Source: a virus
Taxonomy: Duplodnaviria > Caudoviricetes
IMG/VR virus record: IMGVR_UViG_3300025635_000053
Coordinates: 1 to 40,069 of that record
Strand: one strand, 5' to 3'
Length of the DNA: 40,069 nt
Shown here: positions 26,080 through 36,745 of the stretch, one piece after another
Layout: each line of letters begins with the position of its first letter
How positions within the stretch are numbered: the stretch's first letter is position 1
The notes under the pieces: generated by a model
The model's database searches: none
Seen by the model: the letters and a program-made list of their open reading frames with translations, nothing else
Told to the model about the DNA's origin: nothing
Made by a program: the position numbers and the translations under genes

Positions 26080-26495
26080 TGGCACAAGGCGGTTATAGAA
26101 AGCCAGAAAATCCTGCACCTGTCTCTGGTCCTGGTGCGCTATCACAGCGCACAGATGGTGGTCCTACACAGCCTGCTCAATATATTTCGGGACTTCCTTA
26201 TGGAGAGGGACAAGCAACATATGACCAACAAACTGCTGCTCCTATGGCTAGTAACAATGCCCCACAGCCAGCAATCCAGTTACCAGAACCAACTCCACTC
26301 ATGGCTCCGACAACTCGACCAGATGAACCTATAACTTCTGGAATTGATATTGGAGATGGACCTGGTTCTGAAACAATGATGGACCGTCCTAATCAGTCTT
26401 ACACACTTGCTCAGACACTACAACAACTTATCAAGTATGACCCAAGTGGTGATACTGAAATGATTTACAGAGCCTTAGTTGATGAAGGATACTAA
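26079..26495 (+). CDS. Hypothetical virion-associated protein
   Basis: Coupled on both sides; GGYRKP..PAPVSGPGALSQRTDG. Confidence 0.7.
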   Translation: MAQGGYRKPENPAPVSGPGALSQRTDGGPTQPAQYISGLPYGEGQATYDQQTAAPMASNNAPQPAIQLPEPTPLMAPTTRPDEPITSGIDIGDGPGSETMMDRPNQSYTLAQTLQQLIKYDPSGDTEMIYRALVDEGY

Positions 26496-29400
26496 TGGCT
26501 TACAATGTAAACTATGTCGTTGCAAAGACGAGCCCGAATCTTTATGCTGCTGCTAAACAAGGCAACCTTAACGAACAGCAGACAACACAACTAGAACAGT
26601 TTAGTTGGACTATCCAAAAGAACAAGAACCTTATGCAACTTCCAGTAGAAGATGCACGTAAGGAGTTCTTTAAACTAGAAGCAGATGCACAGGAAAAGAT
26701 TAAGTTTCTTTACCCAGATGCTACTTATGCTAAGGAAGCAGATACAACAAGCGACTACGCTGTTGCTGCCCTTAAGACAACTGCTAAGATTGCGGCAAGC
26801 CCGCTTATTGGATTGTTCAAAGGGCTTACAGCATGGACACGTGTTATCAATACTCCGTATCTTATGGCTCGTCAGGCTGCACAAGGCGAAGGTTTATTTA
26901 ACAAGAAGACATTTACTGATGCTTGGGATGGTCGTCGTGTTTACGACAACGGAGCATTAGATGAAACAATTAAGTATTTTGGTGAAGAGCGTGTATCTGT
27001 AGCAAGGGGAATTCTTTCTGGATTAAAGCCAGGAGAGATTGTTGCACAGAACGGCGAAGTAACTCAGAAAATGCTTGAGGCTTTGCAGGAAGCATACAAC
27101 GAGCCAGAGAAGTTTAAGCAAGTTATGGACGGAGTTAAGTACGCACAGGTATCACCTGGTCGTGACATACTTCGTATGTTTGATACTAAGCCTACTAACT
27201 CTAACTTACAGCAAGATTACATTGACGGCAAAACAAAATTTGCTTCTGGGGCTATTGATTTTATTTATCAGTTAGCAATTGACCCACTAAGTTATCTTAC
27301 ATTTGGCGGCTCTAGCCTTCTTAAGCGCGGAGACAAACTTGCTGAGATAGTCCAAAAGCATGGTTCTGCTGGCGTACGCCAAATCTTTGCTACTGAACCA
27401 GATGTTGCAAAACTATGGGATGGACTTGGTTCAGAGATTAAGCGTCTTAAGGACGCTCCAGATACAGCAGCACGCTCTACTATTATTCGTGATATTAAAA
27501 CCAACTTTCCTGCCTACAATAACGATGAAGCAATTAAGTTGCTTGAGCGTAATGACATTGTAGATGCTAAGTCTGCGCTTGGATACTTTGAACAAGTAGA
27601 AAATGTTCCGCTATTTCTTTCTGGTCGCGTAGATGGTGTTCAGTATTTCCGCAATGGTGTTGCTACTGCTCGCAGTCAGCGTCGCATTGGTGAGGGTATG
27701 GCACGATGGTTAGACAAAGAACTTAACTATAGCGGTCGTACTACAAAAGAAATTGCTGCAGACGGAGAAGACGCGTTCAAAACTTTATCTACTCTTGGTA
27801 AAGAAGGCGAACTCTGGGCAGAAAACATTGATGACATTAAAAAGTTTTACAAAGGAATGTCAAACAAGGAAAAACTTGCGCAGCGTTTTGCACGCAGCCC
27901 TCAAGGTTCTGTAATCCTTCTTGGAGAAGATGCATATAAGACTGCAGATAACTTCCGTTCTGTTGCACGTCAGGTTTTGCCACGCGATTTGGCTGATTTC
28001 GTAACACAAAAGTTCATTACATCAGAGGCTAATGACCAGGTTGTAATTATGCGCAACATGTATGTTGGCATTATGCAGCGCTTTGGTCTTGACGGACATC
28101 CAGATGGCAAGAAACTTATGGATGAAATCTTAAAGTCTAAGTTTGGTGACAAAGAAGGCTTGTCAATTGTTTCTCAACTAGAAGTCAATCCAGCATTTGC
28201 TGAGGAGATTGGAAAAGTTGGGCTTAAGATGGAAGATGACGTACTTAAGTACGAGTCATCTGGAATTATTCACCCATTCCAAGAGGCTGGCGCTATTGGT
28301 TCTCTCAACTATGTTGAGATTGCACAGATGGCTGGACAGATTAAGAGCAAGAAGAACCTTATTGGTGCTATGGGTGGCGCTACACAGTTAAAGATTGCTG
28401 ATGATTTTGTAAACGCATGGTCTGTTCTCACTTTGTTCCCACGATTGGGTATCCGAAGTGCAATTGATGAAGCATTTATGTTTGCTCTCACTGCACCAGG
28501 ACGAGAAGTGTTCGACCTTGCGCTTCGCAGGGGACACCGTTTAGGTAAAATGGCTACTGCTTATACTGGTAGCAGAACAGCAGAACCACTTCGTGAAGGA
28601 CTTAAGAAGTGGCTTGGCAAAACACGTACATCAGAAACTCTAACGCTTGCTGACCGCGCTTCTAAGCGTGCTCAGATTGCTGCTAGAGAACCTGGTCTAA
28701 GCGAAGATATGGTTCGCAACCTCGATGTTGCATTTGGCACAGCAGAAGATGCTTCTATGCCATTCCGTAAAGGTGCTGATGACTTAGAGGCTGATTTAAT
28801 TGTTGAAGGACTAGCGCACAGCGCACACCTTCTTAACTCTGCTACACGTTCTATGGCTGGTGCTGCTAGCATTACAGGTAAGTTTGAGCGTGAAATTGTA
28901 GAAGAACTTATTGACCCTAATAACTATGACCTAATGCTCAAGGAACTTGACACAGTCTCTGGTCGTGGTGGTCAGGCTATCTCAACCACTGACCTTGCAG
29001 ATGCAAAAATCTTTGGCGGTCGTGGAGTAGCAGCAGTTCACTTTGAAAATTGGATTAAGCGTTTTTATGGAAACGCTAAGTCACTAGACGGAACAGATGC
29101 TAAGCGTTTGTTTGACCCAGCAACCAACTTCCTTTCTAACAATGGACTAAAGACTACTGCTGATTTCCGTAAGGCTAAAGACGAAGCACTTGCTGCTATT
29201 GGTATACGTCGCAATACTCAACTTGTTGAGGAAATTGGCGAAGACGGTGTCAAGTTGCTTAAGCCAAGTTCTGTCTATGTAATTGAAGACCCTAAGTCTG
29301 TCCAGCAATTTATTCAGATGTCATCACGAAGCAGTGAACTAGCACAACGTGGTGTAAGCAAAGTAGATATTGTTGTTGACCAAGTTGACCGCGTACTGCT

Positions 29401-31573
29401 TGACCTATATGCAACCTTCCATGGTTCTGCTGGCAAGTTTAATGATGAACTATTTGACCTAGTTCGTTCACGTCATGCTACATTGGTAGATGAAGAGTCA
29501 AAGGCTCTTGCTCCGATTGCTGACAAGTGGCATAAGTCTACTAAGGCTATTACATTCGAAGAGTTCCAGAAAGCAACTCAAGGTTTCCAGCCTAAAGGCA
29601 AGATGTTCACAACCCTTCGCATTGAAGGACTGACTGATGATGCAGAGAGCGTATTATCAAAGTATGGAAATCGTGCATTTGAATTAATGGACCGTCAGGT
29701 TACTGCCGCTTTCCGTCAACCAGCAGTTATGTTAGGGTATGTACGTGTCCGAAAGAACCTTATGGTTCTTCAGAAAGAAGAAACCGCTAAGGCGGTTAAG
29801 CGTGCAATCAGCGATTTAGGTGATAATGCACCTGCTTGGAAGATTAGAGAAGCAACAGAGAACGCTACTGAACTTGTGGTTCGTAAATATGTACAGATTG
29901 CAACACAACAGGCTGCAGATACAGTACTAAAGTTTGCAGATAACCCATCTATTCGTTCTAACTTTGCACTTGCTCAACGTAACGTAAGCCGATTCTATCG
30001 CGCTACAGAAGACTTCCATCGCCGTATCTATCGCATGCGTGATGTGCCACTACGTGTTGCATATCGTATTCGTTTGATGCACTTGGGACTAGATTCATCT
30101 GGATTCATTCATAATGATGCTAAGGGTGACCCATATGTAATGATGCCTATGGATAACGTAATCTTTAAAACAGTTGATGGTACAGTGCGTACACTTACTG
30201 GCAATGGTGCTTTCCAACAGCCTATCTTCAATGAGTTCACAATGAAGTTGAAGTTGGCTAACCCGTCATTCAGCCCTGATGCTGGTCTACCTACACTAAG
30301 CGGACCTATCTCAGCGCTAGGTGTTCTTAGCATGAAGGCATTGCTTGGTAAGACTGGTGCAAAGGGTGAACAGTTTGGCGAAGAACTAGATAACTACGCA
30401 TTAGGTAACATTGGTGAAGGCATGGATGTAGTTCGTGCGCTTGTACCTGCATCAATACAAAAGGCTTGGACTATCCTAAACAAGGATGAGAAGAACCGTC
30501 AAGAGGCTACTGCTGCTATGGCAGCAATTGCATACAATGCATCTCAAGGACGCGGTCTAGACCCTAATGCTACAGAGTCAGAGAAGTATGAGTACCTAAA
30601 GCAGATTCGTATATCTGCTCACAACATTATTGCTATGCGTGGAATCCTTGGATTCCTTTCACCGCTTGCTCCTTCTATGCAAGAAAGCATTGGAGTCCCA
30701 GACTACCTTAAGGATGTTGGTATTACAGGGCTACGCCCAGAGTTCTATGACCTAGTCAATGGTGTCATGAAAACATACAATGGCGATGTACAAGACCCAT
30801 ATGAGATGGCACTCGCTACATTCATAGGCAAGAACCCTAACAAGTTGGTTTATACAGTAGCACGTGATGAGAAGCAGACTAACACTGTTATCCAGAAGAC
30901 TAAAGAACTTAAGTCTTGGGCTATTGAAAATAAGAATATGATTAAGACATACGGTGAAGCAGCCTTTATCTTGGCTCCTTACACTGGTGAATTCGATGCT
31001 GCTACATATGCTTGGCTAGAAGCAGCAGAGTTTATTAAGGACAAGGATGTAGAGAAGTACTACACAGATGTTCTTGTGTCACAGGATAAGCAGGCTTACT
31101 ACGAAGTTGGTCGCAATGAACGCGAACTGCTTAAGAATACGTTCAGCATCTCTGAACGTAGGGCTATCATCCAGCGTTCTACTAACCAGCGTGCAGCATT
31201 AAAGGCTTCTAACCCATTGCTTGAGGCAGCACTTACTTCTGGTGGCAATGAAGTTGCATCAGAAGAGCGCATGCTTGTCAGCATGGAGCAGATGCTTGTA
31301 GATTTAAACGTGAAGTTGCCTAAAGAAACACGTGCAAAGATGCTTAATGTCACCACACAGATTCGTGACTTTATTAATCTATCACTTGATTCTACTGCAC
31401 GTCAGTCAACTAACTTTTCTGATATTAAACGTACACGAAAAGAACAGATTGAGGCGTTGATTCAGGACCTATCAATTGGTGACCTTATGCTTAAGGAAGC
31501 CAATCGTGCAATCTTCCGTGCAATTCTTAACTATTATTCACGTGACACATATGTCGCAATACCGAGAGGATAA
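26495..31573 (+). CDS. Large (1692 aa) putative internal virion / ejection protein
   Basis: Size, helical character, DPLSYLTFGG motif and position between portal and scaffold. The function is inferred. Confidence 0.6.
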   Translation: MAYNVNYVVAKTSPNLYAAAKQGNLNEQQTTQLEQFSWTIQKNKNLMQLPVEDARKEFFKLEADAQEKIKFLYPDATYAKEADTTSDYAVAALKTTAKIAASPLIGLFKGLTAWTRVINTPYLMARQAAQGEGLFNKKTFTDAWDGRRVYDNGALDETIKYFGEERVSVARGILSGLKPGEIVAQNGEVTQKMLEALQEAYNEPEKFKQVMDGVKYAQVSPGRDILRMFDTKPTNSNLQQDYIDGKTKFASGAIDFIYQLAIDPLSYLTFGGSSLLKRGDKLAEIVQKHGSAGVRQIFATEPDVAKLWDGLGSEIKRLKDAPDTAARSTIIRDIKTNFPAYNNDEAIKLLERNDIVDAKSALGYFEQVENVPLFLSGRVDGVQYFRNGVATARSQRRIGEGMARWLDKELNYSGRTTKEIAADGEDAFKTLSTLGKEGELWAENIDDIKKFYKGMSNKEKLAQRFARSPQGSVILLGEDAYKTADNFRSVARQVLPRDLADFVTQKFITSEANDQVVIMRNMYVGIMQRFGLDGHPDGKKLMDEILKSKFGDKEGLSIVSQLEVNPAFAEEIGKVGLKMEDDVLKYESSGIIHPFQEAGAIGSLNYVEIAQMAGQIKSKKNLIGAMGGATQLKIADDFVNAWSVLTLFPRLGIRSAIDEAFMFALTAPGREVFDLALRRGHRLGKMATAYTGSRTAEPLREGLKKWLGKTRTSETLTLADRASKRAQIAAREPGLSEDMVRNLDVAFGTAEDASMPFRKGADDLEADLIVEGLAHSAHLLNSATRSMAGAASITGKFEREIVEELIDPNNYDLMLKELDTVSGRGGQAISTTDLADAKIFGGRGVAAVHFENWIKRFYGNAKSLDGTDAKRLFDPATNFLSNNGLKTTADFRKAKDEALAAIGIRRNTQLVEEIGEDGVKLLKPSSVYVIEDPKSVQQFIQMSSRSSELAQRGVSKVDIVVDQVDRVLLDLYATFHGSAGKFNDELFDLVRSRHATLVDEESKALAPIADKWHKSTKAITFEEFQKATQGFQPKGKMFTTLRIEGLTDDAESVLSKYGNRAFELMDRQVTAAFRQPAVMLGYVRVRKNLMVLQKEETAKAVKRAISDLGDNAPAWKIREATENATELVVRKYVQIATQQAADTVLKFADNPSIRSNFALAQRNVSRFYRATEDFHRRIYRMRDVPLRVAYRIRLMHLGLDSSGFIHNDAKGDPYVMMPMDNVIFKTVDGTVRTLTGNGAFQQPIFNEFTMKLKLANPSFSPDAGLPTLSGPISALGVLSMKALLGKTGAKGEQFGEELDNYALGNIGEGMDVVRALVPASIQKAWTILNKDEKNRQEATAAMAAIAYNASQGRGLDPNATESEKYEYLKQIRISAHNIIAMRGILGFLSPLAPSMQESIGVPDYLKDVGITGLRPEFYDLVNGVMKTYNGDVQDPYEMALATFIGKNPNKLVYTVARDEKQTNTVIQKTKELKSWAIENKNMIKTYGEAAFILAPYTGEFDAATYAWLEAAEFIKDKDVEKYYTDVLVSQDKQAYYEVGRNERELLKNTFSISERRAIIQRSTNQRAALKASNPLLEAALTSGGNEVASEERMLVSMEQMLVDLNVKLPKETRAKMLNVTTQIRDFINLSLDSTARQSTNFSDIKRTRKEQIEALIQDLSIGDLMLKEANRAIFRAILNYYSRDTYVAIPRG

Positions 31574-31575
31574 CG

Positions 31576-33054
31576 ATGGCGCAACAGCCTACTAATTCAC
31601 GCGTTGTACAAGTCATTAACTTTGGCGTTGACAAGCGTCTCCCGCTTGGTGTTGTCAATCAAGTCATTGATAAGAATACAAGCAACCTCCTTGGCTATAT
31701 GAGTGGTGGCAAGTTCTATAAACTTGGAACTGATGTTGCTACCGTTGAGTCTGAAATTGAAATGGGTAAAGCCAAGAAGGAACAAGACGCTGCTATTGAG
31801 CAGAAGAGAAAAGAAATTCAAGACCCATTCTTAAAGCCATTTACTGATATGAAACTTGGCGTAACTGTTGACCCACAAACGGGCAAGACAATGGTTATGA
31901 ATGACAGCGGTGAAGTATTTATTTATGTTGGTCCTAGTGCTGCGGCTAAGAAGCCTAGCGTAGTTCTTAAAAGTGGATTCGAAGAAAAGCCCGCTGGCAT
32001 TGATACAGATATTGAAGTACTCAATGACTTCGAGGCTATCCGTAAAAAGATGCTTGTTGATGCAACAGCACGTACTGGTGGCATTGATGATTTGTTTGAC
32101 AAACTAAATAAGACTGGCTTGCTTTCAAAAGAAACATATAACAAGCGCGATATATCAGCAGAAGATTTTAACAAAGGCTTGCTATACGCAGTCCGTAAGT
32201 TCTCTATTGAGACAGTAGATAAGTACATGATTAAGGGCGATAAGAAGCCCGTCAACTTTACTGACTATCTAACATCAGGTTTCCAGTCTGCTAAACCAAC
32301 AAGTAAAACTGCATATGATGCAATTGTTACTAAGCGTCAGGACGCAGCAGAAGATGCCGACCAGTTCTTTATGGCTAATCTTGGTCGCAATGCAAGCAAA
32401 GAAGAAGAGAACGCATATTATGAATTACTTCGTGACGCAGAAAAGAAAGCAATTCAGTCTACTACTACTAAGTATGACGCTGAAGGTAACAGGATGGGTA
32501 GTACTCAGACTGGTGAACTTATGTCTGAACTGGACAAAACCTTACTTCTTGGTAAAGTTGCTGGGAAGGCTCTTGCAGGTAGCGATATTAATACACTGCT
32601 CAGTGCTGGAGGCGGAGCGGCAAAGGACGTAAACTCTATTCTTTCTTATGCTAAGAACTATGGAGTTGTTCTTACTAAAGAACAGGCTATGAACTATGTA
32701 GCAAGCAACCTTAAAAAAGGTCAGAACGTAGATGCAACTAAAGCAAAGATTCTACAGATTGCTAAGTCACAGCCACAGTATGCTGCTATTGCAGACAAGA
32801 TTTCAAATGATGTGAGCGTTAAGGAACTTGCTGGTAATTATATCTACCAGAAGGCACAGACACTTGAACTTAATATGGATGCCATTGATGTATTCGATAA
32901 GGATATTCAAGATGGTTTAACTGGCAACCTATCTATGACAGATTTTAATAAGAGACTTCGTCAAAACCCCGTATGGGCTAACACAAAGAACGCTAAAGAA
33001 GAAGCCGCTAACTATGCGACTGACATTCTTAAGTCGTTCGGATTGATGGCATAA
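31576..33054 (+). CDS. Putative internal virion protein (492 aa)
   Basis: Helical and charged; in an operon with the 1692 aa gene; ends ILKSFGLMA. Confidence 0.55.
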   Translation: MAQQPTNSRVVQVINFGVDKRLPLGVVNQVIDKNTSNLLGYMSGGKFYKLGTDVATVESEIEMGKAKKEQDAAIEQKRKEIQDPFLKPFTDMKLGVTVDPQTGKTMVMNDSGEVFIYVGPSAAAKKPSVVLKSGFEEKPAGIDTDIEVLNDFEAIRKKMLVDATARTGGIDDLFDKLNKTGLLSKETYNKRDISAEDFNKGLLYAVRKFSIETVDKYMIKGDKKPVNFTDYLTSGFQSAKPTSKTAYDAIVTKRQDAAEDADQFFMANLGRNASKEEENAYYELLRDAEKKAIQSTTTKYDAEGNRMGSTQTGELMSELDKTLLLGKVAGKALAGSDINTLLSAGGGAAKDVNSILSYAKNYGVVLTKEQAMNYVASNLKKGQNVDATKAKILQIAKSQPQYAAIADKISNDVSVKELAGNYIYQKAQTLELNMDAIDVFDKDIQDGLTGNLSMTDFNKRLRQNPVWANTKNAKEEAANYATDILKSFGLMA

Positions 33055-34259
33055 TGGCTATAGCACCAGGAGATGGTCTTACAAGAGCGCAGGCTAATGC
33101 CGCTACTATTGCTGCACAGAAAGCCGCTGCCGCTAGAGCGGCACAGGCAGCAGCAAAGGCGCCATCTACTCTGTATGGTTCACCAGTTGCTGGTTTTAAA
33201 CCAACAGTTACTTTTAATACAGCACCTGCCGACCAGCAGATTGGACCAATGATTGGTCCTAATCTAGGCAAAGATGCTGCTGCTGTTATTTCTTCAGGTG
33301 GAACATTAACCACAGAACAAAGAGCCGCTGGAGAATCATACAATGTTGCAAAAGGTTTGAACCCTGATGGCACTCCAGTTGTTGTTAAGAAAGAAATTGA
33401 CAAGAACACGAAAGATGCATATGCATTGCTTGAAGAAGCCTTTAAGTTATACGGTCTAGAAAGTTTAGTTCCCGTAATCCGTGGGTACATGGAAAACGAC
33501 CTTGGTGTAGAACAGGCTAAGTTAAAGTTAAAGACAGAGCAGGCTTATAAGGATAGATTCAAAGGCAATGAATTGCGAGTAGCAAAAGGACTTAATGTTC
33601 TTGGCGAAGACAAGTATCTTGAACTTGAGAATGACTATAGCGAAACTCTTAGAGCCTATGGTCTTTCAGATTACTTTGGTACACCAACGGATTCTGCCAG
33701 CCGCCTTGCTCGTCAGCAAAAGATGGCTGATGTTATTGGTAACGACATATCAGCAACTGAGTTTAAAGACCGTATCTCTACTGTGGTTACACGTGTGAAT
33801 ATGGCAGATACAAATACAAAGACAGCGCTTAGAAGTCTTTATAATATTACCGATACAGACCTTGTAAAGTACTTCTTGAATCCAGCAGAAGGTTCTGCTC
33901 AATTGAAGCAGAAGGTAACTGCTGCTGAGATTAGTGGTGCGTCTATGACGCAAGGACTAGGGCAGACAAGTCTTGGAACTGCAGAAGAACTTGCACGTCT
34001 TGGTATTGATAAGGCAGAGGCTCTTGCTGGTTATAGCAAAATTGCTGGCTACCTACCAACATCAGAAAAACTTAGTGCCATCTATAAAGTTGAAGGCATT
34101 AACTACGATAAAGCCACAGCAGAAGAAGAAGAGTTTAAGGGCTTGGCTTCTGCCAAGCGAAAGCGTCAACGTTTAGTTGAACGTGAAACATCTGCTTTCT
34201 CTGGCTCATCTGGCACATCTCAGGTTAGTTTAAAGACTAACACTAGAGGTCAAATCTAA
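33054..34259 (+). CDS. Putative internal virion protein (401 aa)
   Basis: TAATG-coupled; YKDRFKGNELR...YLELE..Y...LRAYGL; ends FSGSSG..GQI. Confidence 0.55.
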   Translation: MAIAPGDGLTRAQANAATIAAQKAAAARAAQAAAKAPSTLYGSPVAGFKPTVTFNTAPADQQIGPMIGPNLGKDAAAVISSGGTLTTEQRAAGESYNVAKGLNPDGTPVVVKKEIDKNTKDAYALLEEAFKLYGLESLVPVIRGYMENDLGVEQAKLKLKTEQAYKDRFKGNELRVAKGLNVLGEDKYLELENDYSETLRAYGLSDYFGTPTDSASRLARQQKMADVIGNDISATEFKDRISTVVTRVNMADTNTKTALRSLYNITDTDLVKYFLNPAEGSAQLKQKVTAAEISGASMTQGLGQTSLGTAEELARLGIDKAEALAGYSKIAGYLPTSEKLSAIYKVEGINYDKATAEEEEFKGLASAKRKRQRLVERETSAFSGSSGTSQVSLKTNTRGQI

Positions 34260-34379
34260 TATCCTGAACGGACCCACCAGCCCCGTCAGCGTAACAGACT
34301 GGTAGCAAGAGCCAGTCCATTTCCCCGAATGGATACTGTGGCTTGCGAACTCAAACAAATAGAAGGGTGGATAGTTGCT
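34260..34379 (+). promoter_or_regulatory. Structured 5' leader (pseudoknot plus hairpin) of the scaffold-capsid operon
   Basis: CTGA(A)CGG/CCGTCAG stem; loop ACCAG pairs with CTGGT (34299-34303); second stem CAAG..GCC..TCCATT/AATGGA..GGCTTG. Confidence 0.55.
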
Positions 34380-34856
34380 ATGAGCAACAACATATGGGAC
34401 GACGAAGATGACGAACTAGATACCGACCAATTCTCGGGCGATGGCAGTGACTTGTTAAAGAAGTTGCGCAAGGCTAAGCGTGCTGACGAAAAGCGTATCA
34501 AGGAACTCACAGAACAGTTGGACGGTTTGTCCAAAGTTCAGCGTGAACGTACAGTCAAAGAAGTCCTAGAAAAGAAAGGTGTAAATCCTAAAGCAATGCG
34601 TTTAATCCTTAAAGACATTGACGATGTTTCTGAAGAGTCAGTTAATAACTGGCTTGAAGATAACGGAGACTTGTTCGGATTAACTGTAGAGCAGGATGCA
34701 CCAAGAGTAAGTGAAATCGACCGTGCTGCATTACGTCAGCAGGACGTTATCACTCAGGGTGCAATTACACCTGACCGAGCAGAAGACCTAGAACTCCGCA
34801 TGGACAATGCGCAGTCTGAAGAAGAGTTCCTCGCGGTTCTTCGCTCACAATCATAG
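34380..34856 (+). CDS. Capsid scaffolding protein
   Basis: Acidic N-terminus and coiled coil, directly upstream of the capsid gene; likely start ATG 34380 after AAGGGTGG. Confidence 0.75.
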   Translation: MSNNIWDDEDDELDTDQFSGDGSDLLKKLRKAKRADEKRIKELTEQLDGLSKVQRERTVKEVLEKKGVNPKAMRLILKDIDDVSEESVNNWLEDNGDLFGLTVEQDAPRVSEIDRAALRQQDVITQGAITPDRAEDLELRMDNAQSEEEFLAVLRSQS

Positions 34857-34887
34857 TTTCCAACTAGTCACTTGGAGGTGACAAACG

Positions 34888-35841
34888 ATGGCTAATGCCT
34901 ATACATCAACTGGCTCGTCCTCATTCGGAGGTACAGTCGGTTCAGCAGGTTTGGTTCAAAAAGCCTATGACCGCCTCTTGGAGTTCGCACTCCGCGATGA
35001 GCCGCTCATTCGCTCTATCGCTGATAAGCAGCCTACAAACCAGACACAACCTGGTTCTACAGTTGTTCTACAGCGTTACGTAGACCTTTCAACACAGACC
35101 ACTGCTCTTACTGAAGATGCAGACCGCGACTCTGTTGCACTTGCTACACCAACATCAACAACTATTACTCTTGCAGAGTATGGTAACTCAACACTCGTAA
35201 CACGTGCTCTTCAACTCTTCAGCCTTGCTGACGTTGACCCAGCAGTTGCGAACATTATTGCTGTAAACCTCGCAGATTCTATTGACGAACTCGCAATGGC
35301 AACATTGCGTGGTGGTTCAAACGTTCTCTACTCAGGTTCAACTGCAACATCAACAGCAACAATTACTGCTGCTGCTACAATGTCAGGTGCTAACATCCGT
35401 AAGGCTGTTCACAAGTTGCGTACTAACAAGGCTAAGGCTCGTAAGGGTTCACTTTACTGGGCTGGTATGCACCCAGACGTAACATTCGACCTCATGGCAG
35501 ATTCAACTGCTACAGGCTGGCTCATTCCTAACCAGTACGGTGCTTCACAGGACCGCGTTTGGGCAGGAGAAGTTGGTCAGTACGGTGGAGCGTTCATCGT
35601 CGAGACACCACGTATGTACGTAGGTACAGACGGTGCATCATCTGCTAAGAACTACCGCACAATTCTTTGCGGTAAGCAGGCGCTTGCACAGGCTGTGGCA
35701 GAAGAGCCACACACAGTCATCGGACCAGTAACAGACAAGTTGATGCGCTTCCGTCCAATCGGATGGTACGGCGTACTTGGCTTTGCACGTTACCGTGAAG
35801 AAGCACTATACCGAATCGAATCAGGTTCATCAATCGCTTAG
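34888..35841 (+). CDS. Major capsid protein (HK97 fold, N4-gp56-like)
   Basis: GGAGGTG RBS; GSTVVLQRY, ITLAEYGN, MHPDVTFDL, GEVGQYGG.FIVET, DKLMRF..IGWYG. Confidence 0.9.
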   Translation: MANAYTSTGSSSFGGTVGSAGLVQKAYDRLLEFALRDEPLIRSIADKQPTNQTQPGSTVVLQRYVDLSTQTTALTEDADRDSVALATPTSTTITLAEYGNSTLVTRALQLFSLADVDPAVANIIAVNLADSIDELAMATLRGGSNVLYSGSTATSTATITAAATMSGANIRKAVHKLRTNKAKARKGSLYWAGMHPDVTFDLMADSTATGWLIPNQYGASQDRVWAGEVGQYGGAFIVETPRMYVGTDGASSAKNYRTILCGKQALAQAVAEEPHTVIGPVTDKLMRFRPIGWYGVLGFARYREEALYRIESGSSIA

Positions 35842-35851
35842 TTGATTGACG

Positions 35852-35879
35852 GGTAGGCAGGGAGCAATCCCTGTCTATC
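35852..35879 (+). terminator. GCAA-tetraloop hairpin after capsid gene (terminator or mRNA stabiliser, no U tract)
   Basis: GGTAGGCAGGGA-GCAA-TCCCTGTCTATC with G.U pairs on the + strand. Confidence 0.65.
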
Positions 35880-35902
35880 AGTAAGTCCATTAAGGAGGAC
35901 GC

Positions 35903-36172
35903 ATGGCAAACTACATCTTTGAGACACCAACAGTGGCTGAAGGTCCAGCAGGCGGTCATCGTCTATTTGACTTTTACACTATTGACCGTGGTATCACTAT
36001 TATCAAAACTGGTGGTACATATCGTCAAGTGCGTTATCCATCACAAGATGACTTAGTTACATATGACGAAGTCTATATTGGTGGTACTAAGAATATTGTT
36101 AATGATGCTACTAAGGCAGCACTTATTGCTGGCAACGTAGGGGTAACAGAAGCAAACTTTACAGCAGAGTAG
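35903..36172 (+). CDS. Hypothetical virion protein
   Basis: AAGGAGG RBS; 89 aa. Confidence 0.75.
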   Translation: MANYIFETPTVAEGPAGGHRLFDFYTIDRGITIIKTGGTYRQVRYPSQDDLVTYDEVYIGGTKNIVNDATKAALIAGNVGVTEANFTAE

Positions 36173-36179
36173 GGACACA

Positions 36180-36608
36180 ATGAGTTGTAATCATATTACT
36201 AAAGTTCTTGAATGGGGATTTAGCGAAGACCATAATTTTACTGTAGCCCTTTGGGGCTGCGTACTATGTGACGCTACATCAGATAAACCATTTAAGAATG
36301 AAGATGCTATTGAGATAGACCACACTTTATGTGGTCCAGATTGTTTTGGTTGCAAAGCAAAAGGACTTCAACTTAATGCTGGCGATGCAACTAGAGATAT
36401 ATCTAAAAAGGATTGGAACTCAAGACTTAATGGATATGCAGATGCAAAGGCACAAGGTATACAACCTGGTGGAACTTCACCAGAAAAAGTAAGGGCAGCC
36501 TACGAAGCAAGTGAGACGTTAAACCGTCCTTACAATGCAGAGAAGATGCCACCAGCACACAAGGTAAACAACAAAGTAGCCGAAGTTATGAAGGAAGTGG
36601 GAATATAA
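36180..36608 (+). CDS. Cys/His-rich hypothetical protein
   Basis: CNH, CVLC, HTLC..DCFGCK; GIQPGGT. Confidence 0.7.
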   Translation: MSCNHITKVLEWGFSEDHNFTVALWGCVLCDATSDKPFKNEDAIEIDHTLCGPDCFGCKAKGLQLNAGDATRDISKKDWNSRLNGYADAKAQGIQPGGTSPEKVRAAYEASETLNRPYNAEKMPPAHKVNNKVAEVMKEVGI

Positions 36609-36745
36609 TGATGAAGAAGAAGATGGCTGGCAAGGCTGGCAAGATGTATTCAAAGGCAGAATCAATGGAAGAAAAAGCCATGATGATGAAGTTTGCCAAG
36701 AAGAAGGTAGCCAAGAAGGTTGCTAAGAAGAAGGTGAAGAAGTAA
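36608..36745 (+). CDS. 45 aa Lys/Met-rich peptide (not in ORF track)
   Basis: TAATG-coupled at both ends; MMKKKMAGKAGKMYSKAESMEEKAMMMKFAKKKVAKKVAKKKVKK. Confidence 0.7.
   Translation: MMKKKMAGKAGKMYSKAESMEEKAMMMKFAKKKVAKKVAKKKVKK

Noticed and set aside
26495-31573. N4-like virion RNA polymerase to match the hairpin promoters
   Set aside because: I could not find single-subunit RNAP motifs or a DxDGD motif, and the hairpin carries host sigma-type -35/-10 elements instead.
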